64,000 bases of DNA, taken from positions 7,422 to 71,421 of the forward strand of contig JAHYYS010000001.1 in the NCBI GenBank assembly GCA_019424865.1, written 5' to 3'. The translations under genes and the position numbers were made by a program. Positions within the stretch are counted from its first letter, which is position 1. Every line of letters starts with the position of its first letter. The notes beneath the pieces are model-generated. The model saw only the letters and a list, made by a program, of their open reading frames with translations. It did not search any database and was not told the DNA's origin. Source of the stretch: a bacterium (GTDB lineage: Bacteria > Bacillota > Clostridia > Oscillospirales > Oscillospiraceae). Below, in pieces: positions 46,726 to 57,480 of the stretch.

Positions 46726-49700
46726 ATGCTGAAGCTGATTCTGGGCCGGGCAGGTTCAGGCAAAACCACGGCAGTTCTGCAGCGCCTGTGCCGGGCGGGG
46801 CAGGAACGCCCCCAGGTGCTGATGGTGCCCGAGCAGCAGTCCCACGAGGCGGAGCGGGCCCTGTGCCGGGCGGGCGGGGACCAGGTGTCCCTGTATGCCG
46901 AGGTGCTCTCCTTCAGCCGGCTGGCCAACCGGATTTTCCAGGCCGCGGGCGGACTGGGGGAGGAGGAGCTGGACGCGGGCGGACGGCTGCTGCTGATGCA
47001 CCGGGCGGTAAAGGAGACGGTGTCCCAGCTGACGGTGTACGCCCGGCCCTCCCAGCGGCCGGCGTTCCTGCGCTCCCTGCTGGAGACGGCGGACGAGCTG
47101 AAAAGCTGCTGTGTCCCGCCGGAGCAGCTGATTCGCGCCGGCCGGGAGACGGGCGGCCCGGAGGGGGACAAGCTGCGGGATCTGGGACTGATCTGCGGGG
47201 CCTATGATGCCCTTACCGCCCAGACCGCCCTGGATCCCCGGGACCGGCTGACCCGGGCGGCGGAAAAGCTGAAGGGCTGTCCCTGGGCCCGGGGAAAGGA
47301 CCTGTGGCTGGACGGCTTTACCGACTTCACCCCCCAGCAGCGAGAGGTGCTGCGCCTGCTGCTGGCGCAGGCGGAGACGGTCACCGTCACCCTGACCTGC
47401 GGCGGGATGGATGAGCCGGGGGAGGAGGACATCTTTGCCGCCGCCCGACGCACCGCCCTGTGGCTGCGGCGGCTGGCGGAGGAGGAGCACGTGGGGTGGC
47501 AGACGGAATACCTGTCCGGAGACACCCCGGGAAAAACGCAGCTGCTGCGCCATCTGGAAGAGAATCTGTTTTCCGACCAGCCAGCCGCCCCCATCTCCTG
47601 CGGCGGGGAGGTGGAGCTGTTCCAGGCCTCCTCCCTGCGCTCGGAGGTGGAGTGGACGGCGGCCCGTATCCGCGCCCTGGCCCGGGAGGAGGGCCTGCGC
47701 TTCCGGGACATCGGCGTGGTGGCCCGGGACTATGGGGCCTATCGGGATCTGGTGGAGTCGGTCTTTCCCCGGTATGGGGTGGAGGTTTTCTCCTCCGCCA
47801 TGACGGATATTCTGGAAAAGCCGGTGCTGGCGCTGGTCACCGCTGCCCTGGAAACGGTGGCGGGGGGCTACCGCTATGACGACGTGTTCCGCTATCTGAA
47901 GACCGGTCTGACCGATCTGCCCCAGGACGACCGGGATGTGCTGGAAAATTATGTTTTGAAATGGAACCTTCGGGGCAGCCGCTGGACCCAGGAGCGGAAC
48001 TGGGACTGGCACCCCAAGGGCTACGGCCTTCCGCTGGAAGAGGCGGACCGGGAACTGCTGGCCCGGGTGGACCGGGCCCGGCGGCAGGTGGCCGCCCCCC
48101 TGGAGGGGCTGCGCCGGAATCCGGATCACACCGGCCGGGGACAGGCGGCGGCCCTGTACGCCTTTTTGGAGGAGATTGGCCTGCCCCAGCGGCTGGAGGA
48201 GCGGGTGGACACCCTGCGCCGCCGGGGCCAGCCGGCCCTGGCGGAGGAGTACCGCCAGCTGTGGGAGATTTTGTGCCGGGCTCTGGAGCAGTGCGCCGCC
48301 CTGCTGGGGGAGCTGCCCATGGAGCTGGAGGAGTTTGCCCGGCTGTTCCGGCTGGTGCTCTCTCAGTACGACGTGGGGACCATCCCTGTCTCCCTGGACC
48401 GGGTGACGGCGGGGGAGACCACCCGCCAGACCGGCCATCCGGTGCAGGTGCTGTTCTTCCTGGGGGCGGACGACGGCTCGCTGCCCCAGGTGAGCGATTC
48501 CCCCGGCCTGCTCTCAGACGAGGACCGCTCCCTGCTGGCCGCCTATGGCCTGGAGCTCAACCAGTCCCAGCGGGAGCTGCTCTACCGGGAGATGACCACC
48601 ATCTACCTCACCTGCGCCCGGCCCAGCCGAAAGCTGGTGGTGTCCTGGCCCGCCCAGGGCCCGGGGGGAGAGGAGCGCCGCCCCAGCTTTCTGGTGCGTC
48701 GGCTGGAGCTGCTGTTTGACGACTTGGTCATCCGGCGGGAGGAGGACTGCCGGGGGCGCTTCCGGCTCACCGCGCCCCTGCCCGCCCTGGAACAGGCCGG
48801 CCGGGATCGGGCGGTCCGCCGCTGCTTGGAGGAGATCCCCGAATACGCGCCGCAAGCGGCGCGGCTGGAGCGGGCGGAGCACTGGGAGCGGGGCAGCCTG
48901 TCTGCCGGAGCGGCCCGGCGGCTCTACGGCGGCAAGGTGGCCATGTCCGCCTCCCGGATGGACAAGTATAAATCCTGTCACTTCTCCTATTTCATGCGCT
49001 ATGGGCTGAAGGCCGAGCCGAGGAAGCCGGCGGGCTTCACGGCCCCGGAGTACGGCACCTTTGTCCACTATGTGCTGGAGCACGTGCTCCAGGACGAGCT
49101 GTTTCAGCAGACCGCCCTGCCCGGCATGGAGCCCGAGTTCGGGGACCGGGAGCGGCAGCGCCTGCACCAGCTGACCCGCCAGGCGGTGGAGCGCTATGTC
49201 CGGGAGGAGCTGGGCGGTCTGGAGGGGCAGAGCGACCGCTTCCGCTACCTCTTCGCCCGGCTGCTGCGGCCGGTGCAGGCGGTGGTGGACAACGTGGCCC
49301 AGGAGCTGCTCCAGTCCCGCTTCAAGCCCATCTCCTTTGAGCTGGGCTTTGGCCGGGGGGAGGATCTGCCCCCGGTGGAGCTGACGGCGGGGGGCGTGAC
49401 CATCAGCGTCTCCGGCTTTGTGGACCGGGTGGACGGCTGGGTCCACGACGGCCGGCTCTATCTGCGGGTGGTGGACTATAAGACGGGGCGCAAGTCCTTT
49501 GACCTGACCGAGGTGTGGAACGGCCTGGGCCTGCAGATGCTGCTGTACCTGTTCACTCTGGAAGAGCGGGGGGAGCAGCTGTACGGCCTGCCGGTGGAGG
49601 GGGCGGGGGTGCTCTACCTGCCCGCCCGGGACGCGGTGGTGCGGGGCAGCCGCACCATGCCGGAGGAGACCCGCCGGAAGCTGATGGACAAGGAGCTGGT

Positions 49701-50094
49701 GCGCAGCGGCCTGGTGCTGGACGACCCGGCGGTGCTGGAGGCCATGGAGCCGGCGGGGGAGGCGGGCTACCGCTTCCTGCCCCTGAAGGTGTCCAAGTCC
49801 ACCGGAGCCATCACCGGGGACGCCCTGGCCAGCGCCGAGCGGCTGGGCCGCCTGGGCCGGCACATCCAGCGGGTGCTGGAGGATATCTGCCGGGAGCTGG
49901 CGGCGGGGAATATTGCCGCCGACCCCTTCTGGCGGGGGCCGGAGAAAAACGCCTGCCGCTGGTGCGACTACGCCGCCGCCTGCCACTTTGAGGAGGGGCG
50001 CGGAGGCGACTGCCGCCGCTGGCTGCCCAGTGTGGGCGCCCAGGAGTTCTGGGAGCGGATAGAGGAGGAGAAGGATGGAAAGCAGCCTGTATAA
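46726..50094 (+). CDS. addB: ATP-dependent helicase/nuclease subunit B
   Basis: GRAGSGKT, VPEQ, SASRMDKYKSC, GFVDRVD, VDYKTG, CRWCDYAAAC. Confidence 0.92.
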   Translation: MLKLILGRAGSGKTTAVLQRLCRAGQERPQVLMVPEQQSHEAERALCRAGGDQVSLYAEVLSFSRLANRIFQAAGGLGEEELDAGGRLLLMHRAVKETVSQLTVYARPSQRPAFLRSLLETADELKSCCVPPEQLIRAGRETGGPEGDKLRDLGLICGAYDALTAQTALDPRDRLTRAAEKLKGCPWARGKDLWLDGFTDFTPQQREVLRLLLAQAETVTVTLTCGGMDEPGEEDIFAAARRTALWLRRLAEEEHVGWQTEYLSGDTPGKTQLLRHLEENLFSDQPAAPISCGGEVELFQASSLRSEVEWTAARIRALAREEGLRFRDIGVVARDYGAYRDLVESVFPRYGVEVFSSAMTDILEKPVLALVTAALETVAGGYRYDDVFRYLKTGLTDLPQDDRDVLENYVLKWNLRGSRWTQERNWDWHPKGYGLPLEEADRELLARVDRARRQVAAPLEGLRRNPDHTGRGQAAALYAFLEEIGLPQRLEERVDTLRRRGQPALAEEYRQLWEILCRALEQCAALLGELPMELEEFARLFRLVLSQYDVGTIPVSLDRVTAGETTRQTGHPVQVLFFLGADDGSLPQVSDSPGLLSDEDRSLLAAYGLELNQSQRELLYREMTTIYLTCARPSRKLVVSWPAQGPGGEERRPSFLVRRLELLFDDLVIRREEDCRGRFRLTAPLPALEQAGRDRAVRRCLEEIPEYAPQAARLERAEHWERGSLSAGAARRLYGGKVAMSASRMDKYKSCHFSYFMRYGLKAEPRKPAGFTAPEYGTFVHYVLEHVLQDELFQQTALPGMEPEFGDRERQRLHQLTRQAVERYVREELGGLEGQSDRFRYLFARLLRPVQAVVDNVAQELLQSRFKPISFELGFGRGEDLPPVELTAGGVTISVSGFVDRVDGWVHDGRLYLRVVDYKTGRKSFDLTEVWNGLGLQMLLYLFTLEERGEQLYGLPVEGAGVLYLPARDAVVRGSRTMPEETRRKLMDKELVRSGLVLDDPAVLEAMEPAGEAGYRFLPLKVSKSTGAITGDALASAERLGRLGRHIQRVLEDICRELAAGNIAADPFWRGPEKNACRWCDYAAACHFEEGRGGDCRRWLPSVGAQEFWERIEEEKDGKQPV

Positions 50095-50404
50095 GCTGGA
50101 GATATTTGTGCCGGAGGACTTCTTTCCGGCGGTGCGTCAGGCGCTGTGGTCGGCGGACGCCGGGCATATCGGGGCCTATGACCGCTGCCTGTCCTGGAGC
50201 GTGGTGAACAGCTGCTGGCGTCCGCTGGAGGGGAGCAGCCCCTTTGACGGCACGCCGGGGGCGCTGACCCAGGCCCGGGAGGTAAAGGTGGAGGTGTGCT
50301 GCCGGGGGGAGCGGCTGGGTGAGACCCTGGCCGCCGTCAAGGCGGCCCACCCCTATGAGGAGCCGGTGATCAATGTGCTGCCCCTGGCGGGGACGGGCCT
50401 GTAA
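50075..50404 (+). CDS. YqfO-like (NIF3 insert / PII-like) protein
   Basis: YKLEIFVP, AGHIGAYDRC, AHPYEEPVI. Confidence 0.8.
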   Translation: MESSLYKLEIFVPEDFFPAVRQALWSADAGHIGAYDRCLSWSVVNSCWRPLEGSSPFDGTPGALTQAREVKVEVCCRGERLGETLAAVKAAHPYEEPVINVLPLAGTGL

Positions 50405-50420
50405 GCGGGGAGGCAAGAGA

Positions 50421-51122
50421 ATGGACATTCAGCTCCGCTATATGGAGAAGGGATCGGGCTTTCCCCTGGTCCTGCTCCACGGCAATGGGGAGGACCACAC
50501 CTATTTTGAACACCAGATGGGGCCCTTTGGAGCGCGGTACCGGGTGATCGCCGTGGACACCCGGGGCCACGGCGCCTCCCCGCGGGGGACGGCCCCCTTT
50601 ACCCTGGACCAGTTTGCCCGGGATCTGAAGGAGCTGCTGGACGAACTGGGCATCGGGCGGTGTCACCTGCTGGGCTTCTCCGACGGGGGCAATACGGCCC
50701 TGCTCTTTGCCCTGCGGTATCCCCAGTATGTGGAGAAGCTGGTGCTCAACGGGGCCAATCTGGACCCCTCCGGCGTCAAATGGACCGTCCAGCTGCCCAT
50801 CGTGCTGGGCTGGGGCCTGTGCCGGCTGTTTGTCCCCTTCAGCCGTCAGGCCCGGCACAACTGGGAGCTGCTGAATCTGATGGTGACCCAGCCCCATATT
50901 GACCCCGCCGCCCTCTCCCGGCTGACCATGCCCGTGCTGGTGGCGGCGGGGGAGCGGGATATGATTCGGGAAAAACATACCCGGGCCATCGCCGCGGCCA
51001 TCCCGGGCAGTACGCTGGCTATTCTGCCCGGGGATCACTTTGCAGCCCGGGAGAACTGGCAGGACTTCAACCGCGCTGTTTTGGAATTTCTCCTGGGGGA
51101 AACCCGCCCGGGAGAGGAATAA
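50421..51122 (+). CDS. Alpha/beta hydrolase
   Basis: LLHGNGE, DTRGHGAS, GFSDGG nucleophile elbow. Confidence 0.88.
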   Translation: MDIQLRYMEKGSGFPLVLLHGNGEDHTYFEHQMGPFGARYRVIAVDTRGHGASPRGTAPFTLDQFARDLKELLDELGIGRCHLLGFSDGGNTALLFALRYPQYVEKLVLNGANLDPSGVKWTVQLPIVLGWGLCRLFVPFSRQARHNWELLNLMVTQPHIDPAALSRLTMPVLVAAGERDMIREKHTRAIAAAIPGSTLAILPGDHFAARENWQDFNRAVLEFLLGETRPGEE

Positions 51123-51141
51123 GAAAAGAGGAGAGTCACCG

Positions 51142-51975
51142 TTGGAGAACAGCAAGAATATTTTGATTATCAACGACATGCCCGGCTATGGCAAGGTGGC
51201 GCTGGCGGCCATGCTGCCGGTACTGTCCAACCTGGGGCACAGCGTCTATAACCTGCCCACCGCCCTGGTGTCCAACACCCTGGACTATGGAAAATTCACC
51301 ATTCTGGACACCACCGACTATATGGTGCAGGCTATCGCGGTGTGGAAGCAGCTGGGCTTTCAGTTTGACTGCATTACCACCGGCTTTCTGGCCTCGGCGG
51401 CCCAGGTGGGCATCATCCGGGACTTTATCGCCAGCCAGAAGAAGGAGGGGCTGCTGGTGATGACCGACCCCATCATGGCCGACGACGGCAAGCTGTATAA
51501 CGGGGTTACGGAGGAGACGGTGGACAACATGCGCCGCCTTATCGGGGTGGCCGACGTGATCGTCCCCAACCTGACCGAGGCAGAGTTTTTAACCGGGATC
51601 TGTCCAGGGGAAGGGGCGCTGAGCCGGGAGGAGGCCCGCCGGGTGGTGGACGGCCTGCTGGCCTACGGTCCCCGCAGCGTGGTGATCACCAGCGGCGTGG
51701 AGCAGGAGACGGGGGGGCACGTTGTCTGGGGCTATGACCACCAGACGGGGGAGTATTTCACCCTGCCCTACCGCTTTATCCAGGTCCACTTCCCGGGGAC
51801 GGGGGATCTGTTTTCCGCCGTGCTGGTGGGGGAGCTGCTGGAAAAAAAGCCGCTGATGCCCTCGGTGCGCCGGGCCATGGACCTGCTGGAGAAGCTGATT
51901 TTCCTGGAGCAGGACGAGATTGAGAAGAACAAGGGAATTCGGATTGAAAAGTTCCTCAGCGTGCTGAAGGAGTAA
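51142..51975 (+). CDS. pdxK: Pyridoxal/pyridoxamine kinase
   Basis: NDMPGYGKVAL, DPIMADDGKLY, PNLTEA, FPGTGDLF; TTG start after aggag. Confidence 0.8.
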   Translation: MENSKNILIINDMPGYGKVALAAMLPVLSNLGHSVYNLPTALVSNTLDYGKFTILDTTDYMVQAIAVWKQLGFQFDCITTGFLASAAQVGIIRDFIASQKKEGLLVMTDPIMADDGKLYNGVTEETVDNMRRLIGVADVIVPNLTEAEFLTGICPGEGALSREEARRVVDGLLAYGPRSVVITSGVEQETGGHVVWGYDHQTGEYFTLPYRFIQVHFPGTGDLFSAVLVGELLEKKPLMPSVRRAMDLLEKLIFLEQDEIEKNKGIRIEKFLSVLKE

Positions 51976-52015
51976 CGGCACGGCGCACGGAACAATTTGA
52001 AGAGGAGGGCCGCAC

Positions 52016-55000
52016 ATGGCGTTTCCCCTGACACAGGAGCAAAGAAAAATCGTGGACGACCGGGGAGGGGAGCTGCTGGTGTCCGCCGCCGCCGGGTCGG
52101 GCAAGACCCGGGTGCTGGTGGAGCGGCTGCTGGACCGGGTGGACGGCGAGGGGCTGGACATTGACCGCTTTCTGGTCATCACCTATACCAAGGCCGCCGC
52201 CGCCGAGCTGCGGGCCCGCATCTCCCAGGAGCTGGCCCAGCGCATGGCCGCCGCCCCCGGGAACCGGCACCTGCGCCGCCAGACCACCCTGGTGTACAAG
52301 GCCCGGATCTCCACCATCCACGCCTTCTGCTCGTCCCTGCTTCGGGAGAGCGGCCATCTGCTGGACCTGGATCCGGACTTTCGGCTGTGCGACGAGGGGG
52401 AGGCCCAGGTGCTGATGGCCCAGACCCTGGAGGAGGTGCTGGACCGGCGGTATGAGGGGCTGGACCCGGACAGCCCCTTTGCCCAGCTGGCCGACACCCT
52501 GGGGGCCGGGCGGGATGACAGCCGCCTGGTGCAGATTGTGCTGGACATCTTCGGCCGGGTGCAGAGCCACCCGGATCCCGGCCGCTGGCTGGAGGAGCAG
52601 AAGCAGCTGTGGGAGCTGGAGGGGGTGACGGACATGGCCCGGACCCCCTGGGGCGCGCTGCTGCTGGAGGACGGGAAGCGGCAGGCCCGCTGGTGCCGGG
52701 AGCGGCTGTCCCAGGCCCTCGCCCTGGCGGAGGGGGATGAGCTGCTCCAGATCAACTATGTCCCCGGCCTGTCCGCCGTTCTGGAACAGCTGGACAGCCT
52801 GCTGTCCGCCCGGAGCTGGGACCAGGCGGCGTCCTGTCTGCCCGTGACCTTCCCGGCGGCGGGGCGGAAAAAGAAGCGAACCCTGGAAATCAGCCCCATG
52901 GAGGAGGAGCGGGCGGCCCGGGCCGGAGAGCGTGTGAAGGCCATTCGGACCCGGTGCAAAAAGGTGCTGGACAAGACCGCCCAGAGCCTGGAGGGGGACA
53001 GCGCCGCCCTGCTGGAGGAGCTGGCCCTGTCCCGCCCGGCGGTGCGGGCGCTGATGGACCTGGTATTGGATTTCCAGCGGGCCTACGCCCAGGAGAAGGC
53101 CCGGCGGGGCCTGCTGGACTTCTCCGATCTGGAGCACTTTGCCGTCAAGCTCCTGCTGGATGGAGGGGGGGAGCCCACCCCCCTGGCCCGCAGCTGGTCG
53201 GCCCACTTTGACGAGGTGCTGGTGGACGAGTATCAGGACACCAACCAGGTGCAGAACGCCATCTTTTCCGCCCTGTCAGACGGGGGGCGGAAGCTGTTCC
53301 AGGTGGGGGACGTCAAACAGTCCATCTACCGCTTCCGGCTGGCCGATCCCACCATCTTTCTGGACAAATACCGCCGCTTCCCGGACGGGGACGAGGCGGG
53401 GGAGGGGGAGCCCCGGCGGCGGGTGCTCTCCCGGAATTTCCGCTCCCGGCCCCAGGTGCTGCTGGGCTGCAACGACCTGTTCCGCAATATCATGTCCACA
53501 GAGTTCGGGGAGCTGGACTACACCGAGGACCAGGCCCTGGTGCCCGGGGCCCAGTTCCCGCCGGGAGAGGGCTATGCGCTGGAGCTGAACTGCCTGGACC
53601 TGTCCTTCCTGGGGGAGCAGGAGGGGGAAAAGGCGGAGAAGGACCTGCTGGAGGCCCGCTTTGCCGCCCGGCGCATCCGGGCGCTGCTGAGCGCCCCCCT
53701 GATGGTGACCGAGGGGGACGGCCTGCGGCCCGTGCGCCCCTCTGATATCATGATTTTGCTGCGCAGTCCCGGGTCGGTGCTGCGCCACTACATCCGCGCC
53801 CTGGGGGAGGAGGGCATCCCCTGGGAGGCCGACGGAGGGGAGGACTTCTTTTCCACCACGGAGGTAAATACGGCGCTGGCCATCCTCCAGGTGGTGGACA
53901 ACCCCCGCCAGGACGTGCCCCTGATCGCCGCCCTGCGCTCGCCGGTCTATGGCTTTGACGGGGACAAGCTGGCCCTGATCCGGGCCGGCGCCCAGGGGGA
54001 CTTCTATTCCGCGCTGGTGCAGCGGGCGGAGGAGGGGGACCCGGAGTGCCGGAGCTTTCTGGAGGAGCTGGAGGAGCTGCGCTTCGGAGCGGGAGACCGC
54101 TCCTGCCGCCAGCTCATCTGGCACGTCTATGAGCGGACCAATCTGCTGGGGATCTTTGGCGCCATGGAGCGGGGGGGCGAGCGGCAGAACAACCTGCTGG
54201 CCCTCTATGCCCTGGCCGGATCCCTGGAGCAGGCGGGCTGCCGCTCCCTGTTCCAGTTCCTGCTGCGGCTGGACCGCCTTCAGGCGGCGGGGAACCGCAT
54301 CACGGCCGCCCCGCCGGGCCGGGAGGGGGAGGGCGTGAGCATCCTGTCCATTCACCGTTCCAAGGGGCTGGAGAAGCCGGTGGTGCTGGTGTGCGGCCTG
54401 TCCCGCCGGCTGAACCGGGAGGATCTCATGCGCCCGGTGCTCTTCCACCCCAAGCTGGGGGTGGGACCCAAGGGGCTGGACCGGGAGCGGATGGTGGAAT
54501 ACCCCACCCTGGCCCGCCGGGCGGTGGAGCGGCAGCTGGAGCGGGAGGGGATGGCCGAGGAGCTGCGGCTTTTGTATGTGGCCATGACCCGGGCCCGGGA
54601 CAAGCTGATTTTGACCCTGACCCTTACCGACGGGGTGCGGGCGCTGGAGCGGCTGGGGGACAGCCTGTCCGCCCCGGTCTCCCCCATGGCCCTGGAGCAG
54701 CAGCAGAGCGTGGGGCAGTGGGTGCTGCTGCACGCCCTCACCCGGCCGGAGGCGGCTCCCCTGCGGGAGCTGGCCGGCCTGCCCCAGGTGGAGGCCGGCC
54801 AGCTGGGGCCCGCCTGGGATATCCGGTGGGTGGAGGGCCTGTCCCTGGCCCAGCCTTCGGAGGGAGAGGCGGGGCGGTTTGCCGATGCCCCCGAGGAGGA
54901 GTCCCCCGGGGCGCTGCTGGAATCCCTGGCCTGGCAGTATCCCTTCCGGCAGTATGCCGACCTGCCCTCCAAGCTCACCGCCACCCAGATCAAGGGGCGG

Positions 55001-55612
55001 CCCCTGGACCAGGAGGCGGCGGAGGAGGCGGCCGGCACGGCGCGGCCCGAACAACCATCCGCCCCCATCTATCGCCCCGATTTTATTGCCCGGGAGCGGG
55101 GGCTGACCCCCGCCCAGCGGGGCACAGCCCTCCACCTGGCCATGCAGTACCTGCAGCTGGACGGTCCGGGAGATGTCCGGGCGGTGACGGCTCAGCTGGA
55201 ACGGCTGGAAGCGGACGGCTTCCTTACCCGCCTCCAGCGGCATGCGGTGGAGCCGGCGCGGCTGTCCGCCTTCCTGTGCAGTCCCCTGGGGCGGGAGATG
55301 GCCCGGGCCCCGGAGTGCCGCCGGGAGTTCAAATTCTCCCTGCTGGTGCCCGCGGAGGAGTACTTCCCCGGGGCCGGGGAGGAGACGGTGCTGCTCCAGG
55401 GCGTGGTGGACGCCTGGTATGGGGACGAGCGCGGCGTCACCGTGGTGGATTTTAAAAGTGACCGCATCCGGCCCGGGGACGAGAAGAGCCGGGCAGAGGA
55501 GTACCGCCCCCAGCTGGAGGCCTATGGCCGGGCCCTGTCCGCCATTCTGGGCCGGCCGGTGCGGCGGATGGTCCTGTGGTTCTTCGCCACCGATACCCCC
55601 TGGACCCTGTGA
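52016..55612 (+). CDS. addA: ATP-dependent helicase/nuclease subunit A
   Basis: AAAGSGKT, VDEYQDTN, GDVKQSIYRFR, SIHRSKGLE, LYVAMTRA, VDFKSD. Confidence 0.93.
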   Translation: MAFPLTQEQRKIVDDRGGELLVSAAAGSGKTRVLVERLLDRVDGEGLDIDRFLVITYTKAAAAELRARISQELAQRMAAAPGNRHLRRQTTLVYKARISTIHAFCSSLLRESGHLLDLDPDFRLCDEGEAQVLMAQTLEEVLDRRYEGLDPDSPFAQLADTLGAGRDDSRLVQIVLDIFGRVQSHPDPGRWLEEQKQLWELEGVTDMARTPWGALLLEDGKRQARWCRERLSQALALAEGDELLQINYVPGLSAVLEQLDSLLSARSWDQAASCLPVTFPAAGRKKKRTLEISPMEEERAARAGERVKAIRTRCKKVLDKTAQSLEGDSAALLEELALSRPAVRALMDLVLDFQRAYAQEKARRGLLDFSDLEHFAVKLLLDGGGEPTPLARSWSAHFDEVLVDEYQDTNQVQNAIFSALSDGGRKLFQVGDVKQSIYRFRLADPTIFLDKYRRFPDGDEAGEGEPRRRVLSRNFRSRPQVLLGCNDLFRNIMSTEFGELDYTEDQALVPGAQFPPGEGYALELNCLDLSFLGEQEGEKAEKDLLEARFAARRIRALLSAPLMVTEGDGLRPVRPSDIMILLRSPGSVLRHYIRALGEEGIPWEADGGEDFFSTTEVNTALAILQVVDNPRQDVPLIAALRSPVYGFDGDKLALIRAGAQGDFYSALVQRAEEGDPECRSFLEELEELRFGAGDRSCRQLIWHVYERTNLLGIFGAMERGGERQNNLLALYALAGSLEQAGCRSLFQFLLRLDRLQAAGNRITAAPPGREGEGVSILSIHRSKGLEKPVVLVCGLSRRLNREDLMRPVLFHPKLGVGPKGLDRERMVEYPTLARRAVERQLEREGMAEELRLLYVAMTRARDKLILTLTLTDGVRALERLGDSLSAPVSPMALEQQQSVGQWVLLHALTRPEAAPLRELAGLPQVEAGQLGPAWDIRWVEGLSLAQPSEGEAGRFADAPEEESPGALLESLAWQYPFRQYADLPSKLTATQIKGRPLDQEAAEEAAGTARPEQPSAPIYRPDFIARERGLTPAQRGTALHLAMQYLQLDGPGDVRAVTAQLERLEADGFLTRLQRHAVEPARLSAFLCSPLGREMARAPECRREFKFSLLVPAEEYFPGAGEETVLLQGVVDAWYGDERGVTVVDFKSDRIRPGDEKSRAEEYRPQLEAYGRALSAILGRPVRRMVLWFFATDTPWTL

Positions 55613-55622
55613 GGCAGACGTG

Positions 55623-55880
55623 CTACCGGCGATGGGGCGAGAGGGGGCGGGGCTCCTGCTCCACCAGGATAATGTCCTCGCCGAAGCGGCGCACCGATCC
55701 CCAGGGGATGTACAGGTCCTCCTCCCGGCCCAGCAGGCCGAACAGCCTGCGGCGGCCGGGGACCACCAGTGCCCGGACCTGGCCGCTCTCCAGATCCAGC
55801 TCCAAATCGCCGATGTAGCCAAAGCGGCTGCCGTCGGCGATGCTGATCACCTCTTTATATTTCAGCTGCGCGATGCGCAT
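55623..55880 (-). CDS. YlmC/YmxH family sporulation PRC-barrel protein
   Basis: LKYKEVISIADGSRFG, IPWGSVRRFGEDIILV. Confidence 0.88.
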   Translation of the reverse strand: MRIAQLKYKEVISIADGSRFGYIGDLELDLESGQVRALVVPGRRRLFGLLGREEDLYIPWGSVRRFGEDIILVEQEPRPLSPHRR

Positions 55881-56088
55881 ATCCAAGCCCCCTTTTCTGC
55901 GTGGCTGTGCTGCCCTTCCCCAGGAGCATATGAGCCTGAAGGGATGTCCCATGCCCCCTCGGAGGAGAAGGACGCCTGCCGGGCGCGAAGTTTAAAAAAG
56001 ACTTTAGGAAATCTTAATCCTTCCCTCACTCTGTCCTTAACAAAGCTTTGCTACAATAGCGGCAGAATTGACAGGAGGAGGGAATCCC

Positions 56089-57348
56089 ATGACACATTGG
56101 CTGATTCTGACTGCTGCGGGGCTGACGGGCCTGTTCGGCCTGGCGCTGACGATATGGGGATGCTGGTATCTGGCGACGGGGGCGATGTCCTGGCGCCGGC
56201 CCATGGACTATGGCTGGCACCCGGCCCATACCCGGTTTGCCGTGCTGATTGCCGCACGGAACGAGGAGCTGGTGATCGGCCCGCTGATCAACAGCCTGCT
56301 GACCCAGGACTACCCCCCGGAGCTGTATGACATCTGGGTGCTCCCCAACAACTGTACGGACAATACCGCCCTGGCAGCCCGCCAGTTCGGGGCGCAGGTG
56401 CTGGAGTGTACCGTCCCGGTGAAGAGCAAGGGCGAGGTGCTGCGGTTTGCTTACCAATGTCTCAAGGGGCGGGGCTATGATGCCTACTGCGTCTTTGATG
56501 CGGATAACGTGGTGGCCCCCGGCTTCCTGAAGGAGATGAACAACGCCCATATGGCGGGGGCGCGGGCCGCCCAGGGCTATCGGGACAGCAAAAATCCCTA
56601 TGACACGGCGCTGTCCGGCTGCTGCTCCATCTATTACTGGATGATGGACCGCTTTTATAACACCGGAAAGGCGGGCATGGGGCTGTCCGCCCTGATTAAC
56701 GGCACCGGCTTTATGGTGTCCTCCGACCTGCTGGACAAGCTGGGGGGCTGGAACAGCCGCACCATCAGCGAGGACCTGGAGCTGACGGCCCAGTGCGTCC
56801 TGGCGGGACAGCGGGTGCACTGGGTGCCCAAGGCGGTTACTTATGACGAGCAGCCCCTGTCCTGGAGCCAGTCCATCGCCCAGCGCCGGCGCTGGACCAG
56901 CGGGACGCTGCAGGTGGCCGAGTGTTATCTGGGCCGGACGGGGCGCGCGCTGCGCAGCCGGCCAGGCCTGTCCCTGGTGGATTTGGTCTCCACACTGGCA
57001 ATCCCGTTTTATCAGGTGGCGGCGCTGGCCGGAGCGGTGCTGTCCGGCGCGGCAGCGGCGCTGAGCTGTCCCGAGGCGGAGCAGGCGGGGGCGGCTTTCC
57101 TGGCGACTGTGGCCCTGAATCTGGTGATGGCGGCGATGACCTCCACCCTGGCGGCTCTGCTGGTGGTGTCGGTGGAGGGAAAGCGGGACAAGCGGCTTTG
57201 GAAGGCGCTGGCCCTGTACTGGCTGTTCCTCCTGTCCTGGGTTCCCATTACCATTGGAAGCCTGGCCAAGAAAACGACCGTGTGGGAGGAGATCCGCCAT
57301 ACCCGAAACGTGATGCCCACGGCTCTGGCGCGGGAGAGCGGTCTTTGA
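56089..57348 (+). CDS. Family 2 glycosyltransferase (membrane, processive type)
   Basis: IAARNEE, FDADN, ISEDLE, QRRRW. Confidence 0.9.
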   Translation: MTHWLILTAAGLTGLFGLALTIWGCWYLATGAMSWRRPMDYGWHPAHTRFAVLIAARNEELVIGPLINSLLTQDYPPELYDIWVLPNNCTDNTALAARQFGAQVLECTVPVKSKGEVLRFAYQCLKGRGYDAYCVFDADNVVAPGFLKEMNNAHMAGARAAQGYRDSKNPYDTALSGCCSIYYWMMDRFYNTGKAGMGLSALINGTGFMVSSDLLDKLGGWNSRTISEDLELTAQCVLAGQRVHWVPKAVTYDEQPLSWSQSIAQRRRWTSGTLQVAECYLGRTGRALRSRPGLSLVDLVSTLAIPFYQVAALAGAVLSGAAAALSCPEAEQAGAAFLATVALNLVMAAMTSTLAALLVVSVEGKRDKRLWKALALYWLFLLSWVPITIGSLAKKTTVWEEIRHTRNVMPTALARESGL

Positions 57349-57397
57349 TACATCCCCGCGGACAGGCCTGGGGAGGTCTGAGCGGTAAGGCCGAAAT

Positions 57398-57441
57398 AAA
57401 AAGGAAGTGCCCATGGCGTCAGCCATGGGCACTCCCTTTTT
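57398..57441. terminator. Bidirectional terminator
   Basis: aaaaggaagtgcccatggc-gtca-gccatgggcactcccttttt. Confidence 0.75.
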
Positions 57442-57480
57442 AGAGCTTTATCGGGGTTGAGAGGGAATCCTGTGTAAAAC

